IMG/VR virus record: IMGVR_UViG_3300021387_000016
Reading direction: 5' to 3' (one strand)
DNA from: an uncultured virus (IMG/VR IMGVR_UViG_3300021387_000016)
Lineage: Duplodnaviria > Heunggongvirae > Uroviricota > Caudoviricetes
DNA: 64,000 bases
A program made the position numbers and the translations under genes. Positions 58,822 to 64,000 of this stretch are shown here, piece by piece (positions within the stretch are counted from its first letter, which is position 1; each line of letters starts with the position of its first letter). Below the pieces are notes generated by a model, which was not told the DNA's origin, made no database searches, and saw only the letters and a list, made by a program, of their open reading frames with translations.

Positions 58822-58835
58822 GGAAAGGAAGAAAA

Positions 58836-60347
58836 ATGAATTTTGCAGAAGCAGCAAGAGCAAATGGTACATTTACAAGAACTGAAAATGGAGCAGTAGC
58901 ACTGAATACAACGGGGAATAAGTTGCTTGATTTCTATGCAACTATTGGTGCACTTCGAGGAACTGATGAAGTAAGGATTCAGAGATTATTTGCAGACGCT
59001 TATAACGAAGATCCTCTTCTAGCTACAAAAATTGCGTTCTATGGCCGTGACGTGCGAGGTGGGCTTGGAGAAAGAAATACTTTCAGGATTATTATTCGCT
59101 ATATGGCTGAGTATCATCCTGAAGCACTCAGACCAAACCTTGATTTAATTGGTGTTTATGGACGATATGACGATATGTACAGCCTCATTGGAACACCGCT
59201 CGAAGATGATATGTGGGCTGCGATGAAGAAGCAGTTTGAAGAAGATGTTCAGAACCTTCAAGCTGATAAAGCAGTTTCACTTCTGGCCAAGTGGATTAAG
59301 ACTGCGGACGCAAGCTCAAAAGAGACAAGAAAGCTTGGTATTTTAACAGCACAGAAACTTGGATATCCAGTTTATAACTTCAAGAGAATCGTCAGAGCGC
59401 TCAGAAGAAAGATAGGCATTATTGAATCTTTAATGTCGGCAGGCAGATGGGATGAGATCGAGTATTCACAAGTTCCATCCAGGGCAATGATGATCTATCG
59501 AAATGCCTTTTCAAAGCATGACGAGGACAGATACAAGGCATTTATTGATAAGGCTGTAAGCGGAGAAGAAAAGATAAATGCATCTACTCTTTATCCGTAT
59601 GACCTTATTGAGAAGATATTCCTCTATTCTTGGAGTAGATGTAAAGTAATTGAAGATAAGGCAATAGAGGCACAATGGAGAGCGCTTCCTAACTATGTTG
59701 AAGAAGACACAAATGCGCTTGTAATTGCTGATACGTCCGGTTCAATGTCAGGCAGACCAATGAACAGTGCTTTAGGCCTTGCAATTTACTTTGCTGAGAG
59801 AAATACAGGCGCTTATCACAATATGTGGATGAGTTTTTCTGCCGCTCCAAAAATCCAAATACTCAAAGGCGAGACCCTTGCACAGAAGTTGCAGAGTATG
59901 AATATGGATGCTTGGTCAAGCAACACGAATCTTCATGCAGCTTTTCAACTTGTGCTGGACATAGCCATAGAAAACCATGTTTCACAGAATGAGATGCCAA
60001 AGTCTCTTATTGTCATTTCTGATATGGAGATTGACTGCTGCGGAAATGATGATTGGACGTTCTACGACAAGATGGCTGCTAAGTTCGAGAAAGAGGGATA
60101 TCAGATACCAAACATCATATTCTGGAATGTAAACAGTAGACATGATATATTTCACGCAGATTCTAAGAGAAAAGGCGTACAGCTTGTAGGTGGCCAGTCA
60201 GCATCAACTTTTAAGAATCTTATGTCATGCATTGGAATGACACCTGTAGAAGCAATGCTTAAGACACTCGGTTCAGAAAGATATGCTCCGATAGGTGTTG
60301 AGGGAACAGCATATGCAGGTAACGACAAAGCGAGTCAAGCAATATAA
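58836..60347 (+). CDS. DUF2828-family protein (TROVE/Ro60-like helical domain plus vWA)
   Basis: TENGA, RDVRGGLGER, LAKW, LYPYD, vWA MIDAS DTSGSM, ISDME, IIFWNV; start is probably ATG58836. Confidence 0.85.
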   Translation: MNFAEAARANGTFTRTENGAVALNTTGNKLLDFYATIGALRGTDEVRIQRLFADAYNEDPLLATKIAFYGRDVRGGLGERNTFRIIIRYMAEYHPEALRPNLDLIGVYGRYDDMYSLIGTPLEDDMWAAMKKQFEEDVQNLQADKAVSLLAKWIKTADASSKETRKLGILTAQKLGYPVYNFKRIVRALRRKIGIIESLMSAGRWDEIEYSQVPSRAMMIYRNAFSKHDEDRYKAFIDKAVSGEEKINASTLYPYDLIEKIFLYSWSRCKVIEDKAIEAQWRALPNYVEEDTNALVIADTSGSMSGRPMNSALGLAIYFAERNTGAYHNMWMSFSAAPKIQILKGETLAQKLQSMNMDAWSSNTNLHAAFQLVLDIAIENHVSQNEMPKSLIVISDMEIDCCGNDDWTFYDKMAAKFEKEGYQIPNIIFWNVNSRHDIFHADSKRKGVQLVGGQSASTFKNLMSCIGMTPVEAMLKTLGSERYAPIGVEGTAYAGNDKASQAI

Positions 60348-60508
60348 TTCCACAACAAAGACAGTGGTAATGGTGAATGGAGATCCTATTTGTATTGTTC
60401 AAGGTTGTGGAAAAACTGTATCTAATATTATGGCTTTCTTAGAAGGCTATGATGTTGAAATCAAAGATGGGAAGATAAAGAAAATTCTTGAAAGGGAGAG
60501 AAAAAAGA

Positions 60509-61171
60509 ATGGGGATTGTTGATTGGGCAGAAAAAGAAGTCGAGCTGGCGTGTAAGAAAGAAAATCCTAATTGGGATGGAAAGAGTTTTGATTATGGAAT
60601 TGCGTGTTATCAGTCCGCATTAAAGGCTTTTAAATCATTGTGCGAAGACGAACACTCTGGAATGAGCATAGTATTTACCCAAGGTATCTTAAACCGATTA
60701 ATCGATATGAAATGTCTTACTCCAATAGAAGACACTGAAGATATTTGGAACGAAATAACAGTTAAGGAAAACGGATCAAAATGTTATCAGTGTAAAAGAA
60801 TGAGCAGCCTTTTCAAAGATGTTAGCCCTAATGGTGAAGTTTCTTATCATGATAATGATAGAGCGGCATTAATTGATGAAAATGGAATGTATTGGCATAA
60901 TGGCCTTTCGTCTCAACTGATTGATGAAATGTACCCTATTAAAATGCCATACTATCCACATCAGGAGCAGTATAAGATTTATGAAGAAAAATTCCTTGTA
61001 GATCCTGCAAATGGCGATTATGACACATGGGGATATCTATACTTGATAACACCGGATGGAGAAAGAGTTGAGCTTAACAAATTCTGGGCTGAAAAAAATG
61101 GTGAGTCGGTAGAAATATCTAAGGAGGAATTTGAAGAGAGAAAAGCGAAGCGAGTGGATTGTAAACCATGA
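60509..61171 (+). CDS. Conserved phage hypothetical protein
   Basis: ORF; HSGMS, QCKRMSSLFK. Confidence 0.7.
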   Translation: MGIVDWAEKEVELACKKENPNWDGKSFDYGIACYQSALKAFKSLCEDEHSGMSIVFTQGILNRLIDMKCLTPIEDTEDIWNEITVKENGSKCYQCKRMSSLFKDVSPNGEVSYHDNDRAALIDENGMYWHNGLSSQLIDEMYPIKMPYYPHQEQYKIYEEKFLVDPANGDYDTWGYLYLITPDGERVELNKFWAEKNGESVEISKEEFEERKAKRVDCKP

Positions 61172-61457
61172 AAAATTCCTTTTTATTCAAATTGTATGGA
61201 TGGTGTCTTGCTTGCAAGCAGTATGAAAGTCTGATTCTTCATAGAAGAAAGTTTAAGTGGTACATATGCAAAAAAGAGACTGTTCTTGAAAAAATAAGAA
61301 AAACATATTTTTTTAACCTTAAAAGAAACCTTGAAGGATAAAGTCATCTGCGGAGTGCATGAGACGGCTGACACACACCTAAACAAGTAAACTTTTAAAA
61401 GATAGATGCACATATCAAGGATAGGTTACAGATTATTCGAGGTTGTCCTATCCATAA

Positions 61458-61530
61458 GGAAGCATAGCTCAATCGGCAGAGCATTCGGCTGTTAATCGAA
61501 GGGCTGTAGGTTCAAGTCCTACTGTTTCCG
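61458..61530 (+). tRNA. tRNA-Asn(GTT)
   Basis: GGAAGCA/TGTTTCC acceptor, TTCGG-CTGTTAA-TCGAA anticodon arm, canonical T arm. Confidence 0.9.
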
Positions 61531-61768
61531 CTACACTTAGTTCCCCTCAAGAATTATAGTGTGTCCTGAGAAGTGTTTAACTGTTGCACCAACACTCTAA
61601 AAAACATAACTGATTACATAAAAAAGTCCTAGCAACAGGGGCAAAAGTAACTAGAGACAAAGATACATTTTGTGGTTATATCCTTTGTTTTCAAATACAA
61701 CTGTAATCAGTTTACAAGCCCAGTTTTTGCTTTCCCTGGAAGCGAAGTAAGGTTTTTACAAGGCTTAT

Positions 61769-61852
61769 GGCAGGTAGTTCAATCATGGTGTAGAATATCA
61801 GTTTTTTCCGTCCAAAAACTGAAGAAAGCGGGTTCAAGTCCCGCTCTTGCCT
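61769..61852 (+). ncRNA. Degenerate tRNA-like element with a 9-bp anticodon stem
   Basis: GGCAGG/CTTGCC, TCAGTTTTT-TCCGTCC-AAAAACTGA, GCGGG-TTCAAGT-CCCGC. Confidence 0.6.
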
Positions 61853-62125
61853 CTCCACTTAGCCAAGGTGGAACTACATATTTCATTCTAGTTTAGCCGA
61901 CTAGTAGTGAAGACCTCTGTGGATTGCAATGTGTCACAGCATTGCAATCTATTATCAAACCGATGCAAGAAAGATTGCACCGCTAACCTTATTAGCTAAA
62001 GGCAGTTCTTTTTTTGCGTCTTTGATGCTTATTGTGCATAAATCCTGTTTTTCTCACCCCTAAGAGAAAAATACCATGCTAACCAACAGGGGGAGTACTT
62101 AACTCCCCCAACTCCCTTAAAAATT

Positions 62126-63889
62126 ATGAACGAGATATTAAAAGATAGTCAGGGAATCGCCAGATACCTTGAAAGACACAAAATTGACGAAAACGTAATT
62201 AGAGAAAGTATTAGTTTGGTTGATAGAGCTTTCTATACAGAAAAAGACACTCAACTTGGGAAAAGAATGGGTGCACTTGCCAAACAGTATGTCAGACAAA
62301 ACATCATGGATATGACTGGTGGACTGTCTTTTGAAAAATTAGAAGAATTAACCCAAAAAAACAAAGATAACTCTATAGCTCAGATACATTACTATTACGA
62401 CATATTACGACTTGAAGCACCTTTTATTTTGGACAGTTATAAGCTCTATATTGAAAAAGATCGTCCAAGAAAAGACCGATTTTACGAGCCACGCAGAAAA
62501 ACTCTGATTAAGGTAACGGAAGCTGTTCAAAGGCTTGAAGATAATGAGCTGGATATTTTATTTCTACATCAGCCTCCGCGAACAGGAAAAAGCGGAGATA
62601 TGACTATGGATACATCCTGGCATTGTTCAAGAGATCCAGAGTTATCAAATCTCTATGTGACATACAAAGAAGGCTTGGGTGGAGCTTTTTTAGATGGTGT
62701 TATCGAAACATTAACAGACCCAACGTATTGCCATAAAGACGTTTTTCCAGACGTAAAAATAAATGAAACTGACGCAAAAAACAACAAACTTGACCTAAGA
62801 AAAGAGGGTGGCCGAAAAACAAAGAAGTATAAAACCCTCTCCGGAAAAGGTCTGGAGTCTGGATTAAATGGTGAATACGATGCAAGCGGATGGCTTCTTA
62901 TAGATGACCCACTTGAAGGTGTTCAGGATGTAATGTCAGAGGAAGTCTTAAAAAGAAAACAGACTATTTTTGACAACAACGTTCTGTCAAGAAAAAAAGA
63001 AAATTGCAAGGTTATCTGCATAGGAACATTGTGGGCAACTAATGACCTTTTCATGAATTATCTTGATTTCATAGAAACAAGGCCTGAAATGAAGGATACT
63101 CGCTATGAAATTATCAAGATTCCAGCACTAGATCCTAATACTGACGAGAGTAATTTCGAATATGATTATGGAGTAGGCTTTTCCACCAAGTATTATCAGA
63201 GTTTAAGAGCAAAATTTGAGAATAACGATGATATGGTCGGATGGTTTTGTCAGTATCAGCAAACACCTATTGACCGTGTTGGAGCAGTATTTAATCCTCA
63301 ACACATGAGATATTACAGTACGCTCCCAGGAATAGAACCACTAAAGGTTATCTCTCATGTGGACGTTGCTCTAGGCGGCGCAGACTATTTGGCAATGCCT
63401 GTTGTATATTACTACGAAGATGAAGAAGATGGACTGGTTGGATATGTTGAGGATGTTGTTTTTGATAACTCCGAGAAGCATATAACAGAGCCACAGGTTA
63501 TAGCCATGGTCAAAAAGCATATCATTAAGCATCTACACTTTGAGGCAAACCAGGGTGGCGAAGGATATGCGGACGATATACGAAAAGCTCTGGCAGAGGA
63601 TAAAGAGTACAAAGAAGTCTGTAATATTTCATCTGATTGGGCATTAACCACCAAAAGAAAACAACAAAGGATTTTTGATAACGCAGAAAGCATACGAAAA
63701 CTTTATTTCAAAGACCCACAACATCGTAGTATTCAATACCAAAGATTTATGAATAATCTCTTTAGGTTTTCAACAAATATGAGAAAAAGAGAAAATGATG
63801 ATGCACCTGATGCTTTATCAGGACTTGTTGATTTTGAAAAGCATGGGACTGGAATTAAGACAGCAAGAATTATCCAAAGTCCAATCTAA
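62126..63889 (+). CDS. terL: Terminase large subunit
   Basis: QPPRTGKS Walker A, LLIDDP Walker B, GT.W, HVDVA, FEANQGG, DDAPD. Confidence 0.92.
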   Translation: MNEILKDSQGIARYLERHKIDENVIRESISLVDRAFYTEKDTQLGKRMGALAKQYVRQNIMDMTGGLSFEKLEELTQKNKDNSIAQIHYYYDILRLEAPFILDSYKLYIEKDRPRKDRFYEPRRKTLIKVTEAVQRLEDNELDILFLHQPPRTGKSGDMTMDTSWHCSRDPELSNLYVTYKEGLGGAFLDGVIETLTDPTYCHKDVFPDVKINETDAKNNKLDLRKEGGRKTKKYKTLSGKGLESGLNGEYDASGWLLIDDPLEGVQDVMSEEVLKRKQTIFDNNVLSRKKENCKVICIGTLWATNDLFMNYLDFIETRPEMKDTRYEIIKIPALDPNTDESNFEYDYGVGFSTKYYQSLRAKFENNDDMVGWFCQYQQTPIDRVGAVFNPQHMRYYSTLPGIEPLKVISHVDVALGGADYLAMPVVYYYEDEEDGLVGYVEDVVFDNSEKHITEPQVIAMVKKHIIKHLHFEANQGGEGYADDIRKALAEDKEYKEVCNISSDWALTTKRKQQRIFDNAESIRKLYFKDPQHRSIQYQRFMNNLFRFSTNMRKRENDDAPDALSGLVDFEKHGTGIKTARIIQSPI

Positions 63890-64000
63890 ACATAAGGGGG
63901 AAAAGCATAATGAAAGCACCACAGATTATAATGATTGTTCTCTATAGTATTGCAGTATTCACATCACTGCTTAAGCACGGAGAGTCCAAGGGAGAATATA

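Noticed and set aside
58782..58835. N-terminal extension of the DUF2828 ORF (likewise 14272-14370 of parA and 57213-57320 of SPFH)
   Set aside because: Downstream ATGs have RBSs, and the extensions overlap RNA elements or AT-rich regulatory DNA.

Overview
This window is a 64 kb segment of a low-GC temperate tailed-phage genome, most likely a phage-plasmid of a Bacillota (Clostridia/Lachnospiraceae-like) host; the host is my inference. From left to right it holds: (1) at least 10 silent, start-less tail-fibre-tip-like cassettes, each opened by a conserved in-frame recombination site, next to a serine invertase (a shufflon); (2) a compact uncharacterised six-gene module behind an HTH gene; (3) a plasmid replicon (Rep_3 with iterons, ParA and an RHH adaptor) bracketed by 11-6-11 dif-like palindromes; (4) a CI/Cro switch and a RecT/RecE/AAA/RusA/replisome-organiser block; (5) a PAPS-reductase-family gene broken at a G-tract; (6) a C5 DNA methyltransferase locus with a 10-nt stop-containing insert inside the catalytic Pro-Cys motif and nine target-recognition-like modules punctuated by simple sequence repeats; (7) about 16 kb of tiny mosaic genes joined by recurrent junction motifs; (8) an opposite-strand block with FtsK and a polyvalent-type protein; (9) tRNAs, a ~530-nt ornate ncRNA, and an array of CAGCAA-motif tRNA-chimeric/Y-RNA-like elements directly upstream of a DUF2828 (TROVE/Ro60-like vWA) gene; (10) the terminase large subunit. 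All family assignments come from motifs recognised by eye; no database searches were run.
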